DNA from: Paraglomus brasilianum
Taxonomy: Eukaryota
Assembly (NCBI GenBank): GCA_910592345.1
Contig: CAJVPI010000186.1
Location: 1 to 44,477 of the forward strand
Length of the DNA stretch: 44,477 nt
Reading direction: 5' to 3'
Positions 1 to 13,933 of the stretch are shown here, piece by piece. Every line of letters starts with the position of its first letter. Positions within the stretch are counted from its first letter, which is position 1. The notes under the pieces are model-generated. The model was not told the DNA's origin, ran no database searches, and saw only the letters and a program-made list of their open reading frames with translations. The position numbers and the translations under genes are program-made.

Positions 1-198
1 ATGAATTTAATTAAAAGTATGCCTAGAAGGGTCGAAGCATGTATTGCAAGCAAGGGCTGGCCAACAAAGTATTAATTTTATATATAGATTCATAACAAGT
101 TAGACTATAGCATATAAAAATTTTAGTCCCAATTATTATGTACACTTTTGAACAATTAATAAAGTTAGGGTGGCCAATACTTTTGTCCAGGTAGTGTA
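1..198 (+). mobile_element. 3' end of a Tc1/mariner transposon: transposase C-terminus (1-75) and right TIR
   Basis: 1-75 reads MNLIKSMPRRVEACIASKGWPTKY*, the typical Tc1 transposase C-terminus (SMP.R...I...G..T.Y). GGTGGCCAATACTTTTGTCCAGGTAGTG ends at 196 and is followed by TA (197-198). Confidence 0.85.
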
Positions 199-356
199 TA
201 TGCTTTCTTTTTTAGGTTAGAGCGGATAGTATTTTGAAACGGGCCGTTAAAGCGGTGAGTATCAATAATAAAATCTGTTATCATTAAGAATTGATTATTT
301 ATTGATTTTATCATTATTATAGTTAACGAAAGAGTCCAAAAATAAAAATAAAAAAG

Positions 357-1200
357 ACCATCATGAAGATATTGATAATGGCCAAACTGTCCAACTTATA
401 GAAACGATAAGGAGGCATTTGGTAAGTAATAGATTTCAAACTGATTGTACGTTTACAAAACATTACTTATAAGTAAACAATTTTATAGGCAGTTTATTTC
501 GCTGTCAATCTTTGAAAGGGAACTTTCCGAGATGTCGATACAGACAGACAGAATTCATCCATTACGAGCCATTACATATGGCGTTCTCGATACGAGCGGG
601 TTAGATGGTCTTTGGATAAAAATGCTTGCCAGGGATCAAGATGCAAGCTATCTCAGTCATCCACCCAAAGAATATGCATCTTTGGATATTACTATACATG
701 ACGCTGTAACTACAATGTGTCAGAAATTGGTTGATAACTGCCGCAATTCAGTAGATTGTGGTGTGGTTAAAAGAATCAAATCTGTCACTGTGCCAATGGA
801 TGTGGATGACGAACCTGCTAGAGTCCAGCTGCAGGCTGAGGCAGCGCTCAGCGTGCTAGAAACTTTGTAAGTCAAATTCTTGAAGTCTTTGTTACTATTG
901 TAGATAATTTTGTATTTACCTATTGATTTTTATAGGCGCCAGATTTGGGCATATCCATCATCTGACCCAGTGATGGATTATAACGAAGGAACATACATCG
1001 CGAAAATTATGATTGTTCGAAGGGTTCAAATATGGAAGTATAGTATTACTAAGACATATATAGTCCCACTTTTCACCCGGCAAAATGTGATAGCATTATA
1101 GTTTTTCTTCCTTTTCTCCAAGCATTCTTGCGCCAAACACTGATGGCAATCACCGCTTTAAGATTCGATGACGGGGTGAACGATACCAACGCGCTCAATT
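357..1200 (+). pseudogene. Degenerate intron-containing hypothetical gene fragment
   Basis: Exon-like blocks (EDIDNGQTVQLIETIRRHL|gtaagt; ...AALSVLETL|gtaagt; WAYPSSDPVMDYNEGTYIAK) with frame breaks. No family recognised. Confidence 0.3.
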
Positions 1201-1400
1201 TATTTAATCCATGCCAATTTACATATAATAATAAGCGGAGGTAGTTTGCTAAATAACATCATCTTCGGCTTATTCTTTGGATTCTAGAATCTGTACTAAT
1301 ACTAATATTAATATCAGTCTATCATTCATAATAAACGATAATACATATTGGACATTAATTATACCCGGCCATTTCAGTCATTTTTGCACCTATGACTATA

Positions 1401-1470
1401 TACAGTCGTCCCCCTCCATAGTCACCCCCTCCATAAGCACACCATATAAAAAACCTCTTTATAGGTACAC
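1401..1470 (+). mobile_element. Isolated pogo/Tigger-like MITE terminus
   Basis: TA-CAGTCGTCCCCCTCC with internal direct repeat CCCCTCCATA x2. Resembles the other TA-CAGT termini in the window; no partner end found. Confidence 0.35.
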
Positions 1471-1707
1471 TTCCAACAAAAGTTGCATTGTTCCCGACAG
1501 CGTGACATCCGTATTAATATTACGAACATTGAAAACATGCATTTATTGAACAAAAAAAATTAACTTCCGGGAATAGCTTAGTTTTTAAAATATCTGTCAT
1601 ACAGAATGATATGGGAAAGATTTTGGCTATTTACAATGAAGCATGAAATGTCAAAGTTAACATTATCAAGCAGACTTTATGATTGATTTTGCGAACGTTT
1701 CCTTGTG

Positions 1708-4700
1708 TCATCTTTTACTCGGTTGGTTGTAGTAATAAAGATTGTAGTCTAATCTGACTACAAGACACAAGAACTGAACCGTTTCAGTGGCTGAATAGAA
1801 GTTTAACGCTTCAATCAAAAGTTTGATATGGTATAAGAAATTATCTTCAAACTTGTGAAGTGTTTTTTCTTGCTGTTCAAGAGAAACGGGCCCACTATTA
1901 TTTCCATCTGACTGTGATTTAAGTACCATTAAGGACTTTCTGAATTTCTCAGTATAGTTTGCAAACAAAACACAAGTGTGCGTAAGCTTAGCAAAAATCT
2001 AGTAACGAGAGTGACAGCATGTTAGCCAGTATTGCGCAGCAAAACATAAATTGATAGAAAACACGTTTACCCTCAATAGCTTCGCATTCGTAAGCATACA
2101 CTCTTTGAGACACGTATCAAGGAAATCCGTATGATACTCTAGCACCTGATCAACAGTAGACAACTAAAATCCACGCAAGTCAGAATCGTAATCACCTAAA
2201 AATAAACGAGATCCATCTTCTTCAGACAAACCTTGGCCAAATTACTCTGCAATATTCTCCACTGTCGTTCTAATACTTCATTCGTAACATAATACGAAAA
2301 TTGCTGTATAAATACCAGCATTCTCTGTCTCAACGCGTACATGCGATTCTTCCAAGCGGTAATTGAAGGGTGTCCAGATTCCTCTCGCCAATGGAATGAC
2401 TTGAAATGTTCAGTCCAGATGTTGCAAAGTAGCTGCTCAACGTATTTGAGGTAGAGAAGATGACGGAAGAGAAGTTGGTATTTTGTGAGCGCTTTGCGGG
2501 AGATAACCAGTGATAATGGAAAGGTTACAACATAGTCAAGCGACAAAGCTTCAATGCCTAGTGATATAAAGAGAGAGAAAAAAGCAATATTAGATAAAAT
2601 GACAGAAGTAGAAAAAGACAACGACTAAAATCTTTCTGTCTTGGTTGGTTCACTGTGATTATTCACACTTAATTTATGTCGTCTCAGTTTTCTTCCATCT
2701 TTCCCACCATTTTCGCTTTTTACCCTCTGCCACGTAACCAACCTGTCAACTGCTTTCCTCCACCAGTCGAATGTCCACCAACCAAAGTTCCCGTAATGCT
2801 TCCTATTATACTCCCAATAACACTTGGCGCGTACGTTTGCCTCTCTCCACCCCCCTCATCCAAACCCTCTCCATCGCTCTCCTCTCCTCTCCTTCCTCCC
2901 AAGTCTTCAGCCGCACGACCTCCTCTTGTCATTGCTGTCGGCTCAACATTAATAATTCTCAACAGTTGTTCCACCAATCCAACCGAACTCATTTCAACTT
3001 TCACATCCTCCTTAAATGGATCTGCATAAGCAACAGATGACGGATTGCGTAATACAAGATCAAGAAGGGATTGGAGTTTTGTTATGGAGACTTGAGTGGA
3101 AGGTTTTTTTAATTCAGACCAGGCAAGGTCGAGAAAATGTGTAAAAAAGTCAGATTGGTCAAGGAAGAAGTAGCGTTTGATTGATCTGAGTCAATGGTTT
3201 GGAATAAACATTATGGAAAACGAGAGATTAATAAGATTTTTGAAGAATAAAAGGAAATCAAAATGTGAATAAAATTGATGGAAACTTTGAAAATAATCAT
3301 GTAGATTAAGTTATTGGTACCTCAGTCGAGCAAGTAATTGCTGATCTTTTAAAAGCAGATCTAGTAAAGTTCTATTCGCGCGTTTATATGCAATCTCGAT
3401 ATTCTCAACAAACCTGCGTTACCAAAGATAAGGTTAGCTAATAAATCAAAAGCCACAACAACAATTCGATCCTCACCTGCCACCATCCATAGCCAAAAGC
3501 ACATCACTATTCATATTAACGTCTGTTCTATCCGCCTTACTTTCCGCGACACTTTCGTCGATCGTCTTCTTTCTTGGCTCCTCGATAGCTATTCCACACT
3601 CTCTAATCACGTTCAAATATTTCCCTGCCAACAATATTTTCTTCTGAAACGGTATCAAGAATGGGGGTACTGTATTCTCCCGTATAGTATACCGCATCTC
3701 CCAATATGTGTCATTAAAGTCTTCCTTCAGATGCTCTTTTTTCACGTTCTTCCGTTCCTGAATCATAAATTCATCATATGGATCACGTATCTCGCCATGA
3801 TGGATCCAAGTGTGCATCATTGAAATGTATGGTTTGGATGCTTTTGAGAGTAAGTACACGTAGAGTTTTTTGGTATCTGGGTCACTTGAAGATAGGAACC
3901 AAAATAGAAAAAGTTTCGCTTTGTTTCATAAGAATATATCGGACGATCAAAATCAATGATAAGAATGACTACAGCAACAACGAATTGAGAAAGAACGACA
4001 CAACTATTCTCATAATTTTTTTAATAGACTTACCCACTCATCTGACTCATCCGGTACGAAAGAATAGACAATATTCCTCCTCCTTTGACTTGTTGTGGGA
4101 TAGAATTCTTTTTACTGAAACCGTCACTATTCAATAATTCGTCATATCCATTGATACTATCGTCATCTTCCATTGACTCTTGATAGTTATCGCGTATCTC
4201 CATGACTAATGAGTGAATATTGGACATTGTATGAAGAGTTGGGTGAACATAAAACCAGAACTTCTGCAATGTGAACGAAGAAGAAGTACGGAATTGGTGT
4301 TCCAATTGTGTTATAAGGATTAAGTATTCCTAAACAAAATGGACGAGCGATTTATAAGGGCGTGATTAGAAATTGGTATCATTGGGAAAACCGAAAGATG
4401 TGCAAAGACTAAAGGCACACTTTTAATAATTCGCGTATTGCACCACATAAAGCATGATTAACAAATCCATATTTCATCTCGGAATACGTCTCAACAAAAG
4501 CTCCAATTGCAGTATAGTAAGTCGCCAGCGGAAGAATACGTTCGGCAAGGTCCTTTAGTGATGGATCTGTAAGTTAATTAAACTTTTTAGTGACATGTTA
4601 AAGAAAACAAAGCACACGAGAACAAGGCAGGTACCTAATGTCGAATCAACAACATAGTCGATCCCTTCAATGTACCGTATTTCTTCAGTAAGACCATCTG

Positions 4701-5244
4701 CTTTATTAACTCCAATATATTTTCCCTCGATACCCTTTCAAAATAACTTCTTTAGAAAGGCCAATTTGTGACTACCAATAGGCGTCAATAAAAATTTCAC
4801 AATACATACCATCATTACAAATAATAAATCTTCAATTATGGCATACTCTTGCAATTGCGTCGGCAAAGAGCCTATTATTAATTCTGAAAACGCGCGTTCA
4901 AAAGATTTAGGTGAAGAGGCTCCAAGTCGCATAGTTTACATTACATTTATGCCTGAATGGAAGGCGAGCTAGCCTTTGTCTCTAAACCAACCCAAGAATA
5001 CGCGTCCACCATACCTTCACGTCCTCCAATCGATTTAACACGGTGTTTTCTCTTAACTGGTTCAGCCGGGGAAGCTTTACTCGACTTCGATTCTTGCACG
5101 AAAGCACTGGCACCAATGATCCCGCGTGCAAGACTTTTGAAGCTTCCGAGATTTTGCTGTGAAGTTAAAACCACGCGGGTGAGAGAGAAAACGACTACAT
5201 TTTTGTTGTTCAGTTTCTGAATGCATCCGTACCTTGCCTGACAT
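1708..5244 (-). CDS. SPC97: Gamma-tubulin complex component 2 (Spc97/GCP2), multi-exon
   Basis: Spliced reading MSGK|QNLGSFKSLARG...GGRE|ELIIGSLPTQLQEYAIIEDLLFVMM|GIEGKYI...LAERILPLATYY...TLQKFWFY...DPYDEFMI...ILLAGKYLNVIRECG...FPLSLVISRKALTKYQLLFRHLL...LVVRLDYNLYY. GRIP-domain motifs; the splice sites checked are GT-AG. The ATG at 5244 is inferred from phase-compatible splice sites. Confidence 0.93.
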
Positions 5245-5963
5245 ATTTGATAAATTATTGACTTCCCCGCGTTGTATATCGACAATGTTTCAAATTCTTC
5301 GGCCCAATTAAATCCAAGAATTTAATTTCATATGATATTTTAGGAAGACGCATTTGAATGATTTTTTCGTGTCCTTTTTAGACGCAAGCTGCTTGACGCA
5401 TTTGAATGGAGGAAATGCTAGACGAGTTTATGGCATTCCATAATAATAAGAGTGAGGCCAATGAATTTAAAACTAAAATTTTTACCATGTAACTATTTTC
5501 ACTATAGTCAGCTCTTTGAGGATACCAAATCTCGGCCACTAAAGACAACTCTGTTAACGTTACAATACAACCAGCATTCGATTACAAATAGGCGAGGATT
5601 ATACTTTCGTCTCGAAAGTCGAAGGAAGGCTTGCACTCTCAAATGTGTCGCCTATAAAAGTCCAATAATAGAATCTTACTTGGAGCGTAGAACAACCTAT
5701 TAATGACAGAGTCAATGTTGCCTCTGTTGGGAGCTGTGCATGGTTGCAAGCAAGTCGAATGTTAAGAACAATACATCCTCCAGCTTCCCAGTCCATATCT
5801 TCAGTATTAGGGAAATGGACCGTAGACTTTTATTAGCGTCTGCCCCTGGCGCCAAATAGACCTCAGACACCAGAAACCCAATAGCCCAGGGTCTAATGAC
5901 AGCTTATACTCCTTTTCGAGAATAGCAATATATTAACTAATAAGATATTGTTTATTTACAAAG

Positions 5964-6303
5964 TATGATTTGAATTTTTGCACATACCAATTCGCTTGAT
6001 TCTCCAAGAATTTAATGCTCATGGAATTCACACATTTGTTAAGTATAACTGTTGCCGATATGTTCTCTAATTTCTTCTATTTGTGCTTTTTTATTTTCTA
6101 TTGATTAGATGGTTTTTTTTTTTCGTTTACCGTATGATTTGAATTTGAATATACCGATTCGTTTGATTCTTCGAACACGCGAAAACAATCTTCGTCCGAT
6201 GCTCATGGATTCACACATTTGTTAAGTATAATTGTTGTCGATATCTGTGCACAGAATATTGAATTTGCATATATCGATTAACTTGATTCTTCGATCTTCG
6301 TCG
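5964..6303. repeat. Degenerate direct repeat, about 2.5 copies
   Basis: TATGATTTGAATTT...TTGATTCT...ATGCTCATGGA(A)TTCACACATTTGTTAAGTATAA at ~5964-6061 and ~6133-6244, with a partial third copy at ~6259-6303. Confidence 0.7.
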
Positions 6304-7186
6304 TCAATCACTAATAACTCAACAGCCAAGAATCCTGTGCTCGTATATTTGTTTATTGTAGTTATCATTGACGCGCGTATAAAATATCAATACATGATAT
6401 TAAGTACACATATACCATAACATTGTAAGTAGAAATGCAGGTGAATTGTTGATAATCAGTCCAGATCCACGAATGTTGGTGACAAAGAATAGTAATAGCA
6501 GGATAATAAGGATTCCATTGTCGGTGATAGTAGACGGAGATTTTATTGATTCCTATCAAATAAAATGCAACATTAGTATTAGTAGCGGAAGTGAAAATGC
6601 TGGTCCATTGGAATAAGAAACACTTATTAGGCTACGAAAGTTGCCATTAATATGACAGCGTCTAGTTTCATCACGTCACTGTTATGGCGCACGACACTGA
6701 AATTTACAAGGTACAAGCGTTAGCAAGCTTACGTATTTTGGTATTATTTATGGCAGTTTATGGTATATTGATCTTATTGACATGAGAAAGAGAGGCAATA
6801 TAATGAATATAAATAAACTGTGATCACTTCACAGCCAGCCAGTATGTTGCAGGCTTTCCTCTTTAACATCCTTTATGCAGTTCGGTGCATCAAATCAGAC
6901 AACAATCAAGAGTTTTGTAGCTATAATTGCAAGATTTGGTATGTGCTGGCTAACTACTTGAATAATTAATGGCAGATTAGTTACAAAGGTTAATCGCAAC
7001 GGGTAAACATACGTTAAAGATAAAGTTGTCAGCCTGGTTTGGAGCATAGGATTGCCGTTGTTAATAAAGTGCTGCCCAACTCGCAATATTTCTATTTATG
7101 ATAGTAGTATAACCAAAAGAGTTATCGCAAACAATTTCTATTACATCTGTGTGTCTGATTGTCCGTTTTTTGGTAGCATGTCCTGG

Positions 7187-8219
7187 TTATTTTTTACTGT
7201 TGCCAAATCCGGAGAAACTACAAAATAGAACCATATCACAACAGGTATTAATAATACAGCATAGTTCCTCCTCATACACGCCATTGTCGTTGCATTTAAT
7301 ACGTACCCCATCATTGCTGCCATTTCAGGATCAACTTCATCCTCAACATTGCTTTCATCCTTATTGTCTTTCTTGTTCCCATTTTTCTTTGACTTTTTCT
7401 TTTCTCGTTTACGTCGCTTCTCTTCCTCTTCTTGTCTTTGTAGTTCCTCAATTCGAGCATCAAAGTCTTTAAATGAACATATTAGTAAAGAAGAACCTGC
7501 CGTAAATCATGCATTAAAAAGTTACCCCAAAATCGCATGTTTGCCCTTACCGTATGTCTCAGAGGCTTGTTCTTTCTTGGCTTTCAAGCTAGCCAACTTG
7601 GATCTGACTTGATCTATAGTGCTTCGTTCTACTTTCATGGACATACCCAGTGCTCTCTGATCTATAATCGAAGAAATACGGTTACAACTTTGAAATTTGA
7701 GCAAGCCATTTCTAGTATAAAATATCCATTACTCACGTTTCTTTCCATTAATATGATCTAAGTAATTTACGCTGTCTTTAACAACACAATCACAAACTTG
7801 ACAGTAATAGCCTGGCTGCTTTGAGGTGATGCTTGTGCTCTGTACGACTTGTGTCCGGTTCAGATTCGCATCTAAAACAACCTTTTCTGACCGTGCGCGG
7901 AGAAACTCTTTCGGCTGAGCAGAATCGGGAGAAGGAGCACGAGGTTTAGGCTTGAGACCTTTGCGCTTGCGTTCTTCGTCGGATTCAGCTTGTGCTTCAC
8001 GTCTCGCCCGCTCACGGGCTTTAGCAGCGTATTCGTCTCTATCCCATGTTCTGCGAAATTGCGGCGCCTAATAACAAACGGAAAGCACCTGGTAACGAAT
8101 TAGAAAGGTTGGAGAAGCAGGCAAGCAGAATATGTCAAATCTGATCAAAAAAAAAAGGTACTTACCGAAGTAGATGCGCCATATACACCGCTTGTTCTTG
8201 AACTTCTTGCTGAGGACAT
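7187..8219 (-). CDS. SNU23: Zinc finger matrin-type protein 2 / U4/U6.U5 component Snu23, 5 exons
   Basis: MSSARSS...|APQFRRTWDRDEY...GYYCQVCDCVVKDSVNYLDHINGKK|.QRALGMSMKVERSTIDQVR...|DFDARIEEL...EMAAMMG|FSGFGNSKK*. Matrin zinc finger and the conserved C-terminal MMGFSGFG. Confidence 0.93.
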
Positions 8220-11200
8220 ATTGGTCGATTACTAAGAAATAATGGGTATTTTTTGCAGGCTTTATTAACGGTAAATACGGAAATCGCTTAAACAGCTTGA
8301 ATTTCTTGACTTTAATACTCATTAGTCACACGATGTGTCTGTCACACGGCCCTGATTCGTTACATTCATGTCTGTTAGAGTCTCAGTCTTTTGATACTTG
8401 AACCTATAACAATCACTATCTATAACAATAACTACACAAAAACTCAATATTTTTAACGTCGCATATCAACAACTATGTTTTTTCTTGACTTTATAAGCTT
8501 TTTTCTTTGCATTATGGCCTTTAGTAAAAACTTTTTAGCAGCTGAATTAAGTCACTCTTCAATACTAGCAGTTGCTTTCTGCGACTCGTGGTATTTAAAA
8601 TTGTTATAGCGGGTTGTTGTGTTAATTTGGTGGGTTTCCCGTAAGACTTTTTTTATTTGCAACTATTCTATCTTTCTTTTAATTAGGTAATTTCTGAGTT
8701 GTCTCTAACCTATTGTGCTAGAATAGAATTTATATAAAATTACAAAGGCGTATAAGATGTTTCGTAACAGTAAGACAAACACTTTCACCCTTCATGAACA
8801 AAAAAATGCAAGCAAGACGAATATAATAAAAGGTCCTAACAAAGTTCTCGAGTTAATTCGCCGGTACGATCGAGAATTAGACTAATTAAAAAATCAAGTG
8901 TTGATTTAGTCATATACAGTAATCACGAAGCCCAGAATTTCGTTAATTATTTAATCATTTGCTCTAACAACATGAACTACCCAAATTCAAAGCGGGATTT
9001 GATAATCAGCAAAACGATAATCTAGTTAATAGAGATGAAAATTCATTTTTAATTATTATTATTATTATTACTAAACACCACCGATATTTGGTTTAGCTCA
9101 GATGCTGTTAATCAAAAGTTTTTCTTGAACAAATATTTTGCTAATTAATTCGATTTCATTTATTAACTATGCGCTTAAAAATAGCAAGCGGTATTGGAAA
9201 GGTAAAGTTAATAACCCGACTCGTTGACTTGGAATGCATGAAGAAAGACAAGTGTAGTATTGGCCAATCTAAAGTGTTCAACATCTCAGTGGCAGCGTCC
9301 TCTCATATTATCACTGACGAATAAAGCAACGAACAAGAATGGCCTAAATATTGGCTTTAACTTGGTATGCCTTAGCATCAACATGCTTGGAGAATGTACT
9401 GGAAATGCATATATAACCGATGACAGGATATAACGATATTTGGCTAAAACGATAAAAATATGCCTTACCAAAACTGTTATATTAATAAATATCATAACTG
9501 TTATGTAGAACGATACGCTAATTATCGGCTATATACAGTATGTTGCTGTTTATCTACTTATGTATATTTAGACAACTTGGATTATAAAACACTTAATATT
9601 AATATTAAGCTGACGACAAATAAACCGTTAGTCATCATGCAATTTGTTCTTTGTTCACAATTATCCCCTGAATCTAGTTCACTTGTCTGCTTAATTATGA
9701 CACACTTATTCATTTACTATATTGTTTGCACAATACTATGGAAGCGGCCGAGGGGGTCTGTTCTTGCTATTGTTCTGTCTCATGCGACCAAATCGGTGAC
9801 ATTTGGTAACACAGTTAATTCCACCATTGTTCCAATCATATTTTAATAAATGTCGTCGGTATGGATCACAATGTACAAACAGTTTATAATAATAATGAAT
9901 ATGTCAAATAACTATACCACGTACAATATTATTACACTCATTGTCATCGTAAGAGTAATGCTCCCAGTCCTTGCTTTTGTCCGCCCTAGATTGCGGAATA
10001 AATTTAATCAAACACAAACTAGATTTGGAGAAGCATTGTTCTTAGGCAAATGATGGGATCCCTCATTCCTTACAGTGTTACGTCGTTCTCTATATCATGT
10101 TCTTCCCGTTAGTCTCTTCAAAATCAGTTATAAACTTTTGACTCAAAAAGCAAAACCATGGCTGAATCGGTTGCATATGACTAAAACTATTTTCATAATT
10201 AAAGTCCAAGCGGAAATTAATTCGTATGTGTGACGGATTACATTTTTCACATTATTTAATTTTATCTTTCTATATTAAATATACACACTGCCAACACAGC
10301 ATTCAAACAATCCCCGAATATTAATGTTGTATGCTTGGGATGTCGCTGCTCAAATTGGATACAAAAGAAGAGCAAAACAATGATAATAGTAATAATACAT
10401 AGACAGAACTGTATGCTGGTACTACTTAAACCACAATTGATCTTTGTGAGCCTTTCTTTGATCGATGATCACATTGTATTGTGCACATTTGATTGTTCGT
10501 TATATCCTTGCTGCTCTTTGCTTGTAACTCTCAAATCAAGTTAACCAAACTGGTAATAATGCCGCTAGCAAGGTCAACAAAACAATTTATTTCCATAATC
10601 GATTTGTCTTTGTCTCTATTTTACGGCTTTTAGCATCCTTATTTGTAAATAAGCTTTTACAACCTGGGGTCTAAATATTTAAAGTTTAAAGAGTTAAATT
10701 TCCCTCTCGTCTGTTTATTTCCTATTATAACCTTCTCAACATAAATATTTTGTTTTTCGTGATGGATATGTCTCGAAAGAGTAGTAACTGCAAACGATGT
10801 TAACAGGCATAATGCTTACGGACTTTATGACAAGCTAAAATTTAACACTGGTTTGAGTTTTTGAGATTTATGGAATTTTTTGTCTCCTTGATGGTGTATT
10901 TCAGCTGAAAGAACAAAATTATGTAGTTTTGTCAGAGTATTTAATGAAAGACTATGCACGGCGAACATAACTGTGTAAGCAAGGAGGAAAAAACTAGGGA
11001 AATAAATTTAACCCACTAAAATGGCTTTTGTTGCTAAAATAAAAATGTCTTTCTTTTTTTTGGTAATAGCTTACATATTAATATTTAATTTCACAAGATT
11101 ATTTGCAGTTGATTGTTATGGAAAGAAGAACATGTTCACAAAACTGTACCAGAAGTGTCTGTATAATTATTCTTTCAAAAGACAGACAATACTAATCTAT

Positions 11201-12050
11201 TTGAACCATTGTTTTTGAACAATCCCGAAGATTACTTCTACCAGATATATGACCTTTTTCACAGAAGAAAGCTGGGATTATTTGTTCTTAGCTCTCTCTG
11301 TTGGTTGGTGTGTCCAACATTTGCCCAATTATGTATCAATTCGCATGGCTTTCTCCAAATGTTACACTTGGTCTTCAAAGATATCGAATGTTTAATTCAT
11401 CTTATTAAAAGATTTCATGAAGTTTACTCTAAAAATATAGCTGAAGCAAAACTTAATACTGTCTATGTGGATAATAGAATGATTTGCACTTTTTATTGTA
11501 AGAAAATCGTACTTGATATCTTTTGCATTCCCGACACACTTGTGTCAAAGAAGCTCCATTGATCATTCTATTGCTTAATATTAATCGCTAATAGGGTCTA
11601 TCATTCAGGTCCCGCATTAGCTTCGTAACACAAAATAAATCCCATAAAGCGGGCCCATTAGATACCATATAAATTCATCGCAGCGCCACATTCATTTCAA
11701 ACAATCTCGCATTGTTATGCAGGATGATACTTAAGAGTGCTATGTCATAATGATAACACCGGCCAACGTCAAATGTTTGTGAATGGATGTCGTGCCAATT
11801 TGATATGTCCATTATTAGACTAGCAACTTATGTTCAGCCCTATTGAAAGTGAGTGTGATTGTGCAGTCGGTAATGTTAATATGGGGGGAGTGATAGCTAA
11901 GGTGAGACAATACCAATTGAAGAATGATTGTAACTTGGCGAGTACACCAAACCGGGAAACGTTTGTTTGGTGTCTAGAATCTATGTATGTATTTGGTGAA
12001 CAATTGGGATTTATTTATTAAATAACTTTTTCAATAACGATATAGTGCTA

Positions 12051-12122
12051 GGGGATTTAGCTCAGTGGTAGAGCAATTGACTGCAGATCAATAGGTCACC
12101 GGTTCGACTCCGGTAGTCCCCT
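12051..12122 (+). tRNA. tRNA-Cys (GCA), intronless
   Basis: Cloverleaf: acceptor GGGGATT/AGTCCCC, D-arm GCTC..GAGC, anticodon arm ATTGA-CTGCAGA-TCAAT, T-arm ACCGG-TTCGACT-CCGGT, discriminator T. Confidence 0.96.
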
Positions 12123-13451
12123 GCGTTATCGACAGGTTCCCTGTGAGATACATTTTTCATCTTGTATCCGCATATACCAATATTCCGCTTTTTTGCTTTA
12201 CAGTCGTCCTTGGTATGATCTGGACTTTTATCGCTCCGATCTTCAACCAAATATTTTAAGAGTTAACTCTCAACAATAGAAGCAATTCAAGTGAACATAT
12301 TACGTAATAAGTGTGACAATAATGGATTTGTCATAAGAGTGTTTTAACAGTTGACAATCAGTCGATGCGAGCGATTGTTGTGCTCTGGTCTAATCGAGAC
12401 ATAAAAACATTAGTATTGAGCCGTGCACTGCATTCATTGCGAACAATTAGTAACACTTAATAACATTAGATTTATCGCGCGATATTAAATTTTTATTAAA
12501 GTACTTTTTCATTGTGATAGAATGAGAAGAAAAAAAAGAAGAAAAAAGTTGTTCATATGATTTACGCTAAACGCTATACCTTATATTTATAAATTACAGC
12601 AAAAGGAGACCCAACCAATATAGATAATCCCACATGTCTTTATACAATATAAACAATTATAGTAGAGTGAAGAAATTTCGACACAGTACTTACATTTTTT
12701 AAAACTTCCTCGATGAAGAAGCGGAATTTAAAAGTTATACGACAAACAAGCTTATGGTGTGGGATATGAGTAAGTCAAAGGGGTTAAAATTGAAACTTGT
12801 GGAGTTAGCTTTTTTTTTTTTTGTAAAGAAGTTTTTTGGGGGGGTTAAAATTGAAACTTTTTGAAAATGATTGACAACCGCTCTTGGAGAACGATGTCAA
12901 GTAAAGAAAATACAATTGGCTACTTTGGTAAGTAACTTCTATGATTAAATACAGAAAGTGCGGCTCAAATCGGCGGAAGAATATTTAACAGACAGTTATC
13001 TACAATCTATGATGTAGCAATTCTTCATCCGATCAACAGAGGAGAAAATGGCTTAGAGGAATAAGTGGTGTGTTTTTGTTTAGTAAAAAGAAAACTGATT
13101 TGAAATATATCGATATTGGGATCGGATGAAAAAATTGGATTATTAGGGAATATGAGCCACACATGTTGAACAAGTATGAAAAGTAAAAAAAAAGTGGGGG
13201 TATTGAATATGAATATAACAATTGCGCACAAAGTGATGAAGTAATTAGTGGACTGATTAAATGATCGCCGGCATTAAGAGATCTCTCAATTATAGGAAAA
13301 TGGGAAAGTGGAATGTGTAGAAATAGTTAAGGAGAATGGTGGATTTGCATTTCAAATAGTTCCGAATGAACACCAATCCGAATGATACGAGCACGATCTT
13401 TTTTTTTTTTTTTTTTTTCTGTTGGTTATGATGTTTGTGTACACTCCATTC

Positions 13452-13760
13452 TTAATTCGAATCTTCTCCATCGTCCACACTACTGACCACCGGAAATTCA
13501 GCTCCCACCAACAAGGGTAAGTCGGTAGTTCTGACCAGTACTGGTCTGTATCCATCTGGAATCCAAAAGACGGTTCCGGTTTGTCCGCTACAAGTAATCT
13601 TTTTGGTCTTTGTCCGCAATGTAGCAGCATCGGATTCGGCTGGGTTGGCAATGGCAACCGGAGGAATGACGAGGACTTCGTATTCTCTAGTTTCTGCAGA
13701 ATCGGCAGATGAGGCGGGAGTTGGGACTTGAGTGTTGGCGGTGGTGCTGGTGGAAGGCAT
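13452..13760 (-). CDS. Intronless 102-aa hypothetical protein
   Basis: GC-enriched ORF with AAAATG context, an A/C-rich 5' leader and TATAAAAAG about 170 bp upstream. No family recognised. Confidence 0.65.
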   Translation of the reverse strand: MPSTSTTANTQVPTPASSADSAETREYEVLVIPPVAIANPAESDAATLRTKTKKITCSGQTGTVFWIPDGYRPVLVRTTDLPLLVGAEFPVVSSVDDGEDSN

Positions 13761-13923
13761 TTTGACTAGTTTTGGTTTTTGTTGTAAGTAGTTGTTATAC
13801 GTTGTGTTGAGAGTATTGTATATGCGCTCGGTATGCCGACTTGGAAAATTTGTTTACTTGTAAGCTTGTTTTTACAATTGCAGGTTTTTGAAACTTGTGG
13901 TTTGGATGGGTGGGTGTGTTGGG

Positions 13924-13933
13924 CTTTTTATAA
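13924..13933 (-). promoter_or_regulatory. Putative TATA box of the 102-aa ORF
   Basis: TTATAAAAAG on the minus strand upstream of the ATG at 13760. Confidence 0.4.

Noticed and set aside
2676..3040. Plus-strand Pro/Ser-rich ORFs
   Set aside because: Antisense shadows of an SPC97 exon.
4738..5285. ORFs 4738-4932 and 4947-5285 as separate genes
   Set aside because: Phase-compatible GT-AG sites join them as SPC97 exons.
9051..9072. (ATT)n microsatellite and similar poly-A/T runs
   Set aside because: Ordinary simple repeats in AT-rich DNA.
9500..11560. Scattered coding-like fragments (e.g. VKKVIYLVEVIFGIV on the minus strand)
   Set aside because: Too degraded to assign a frame or family.
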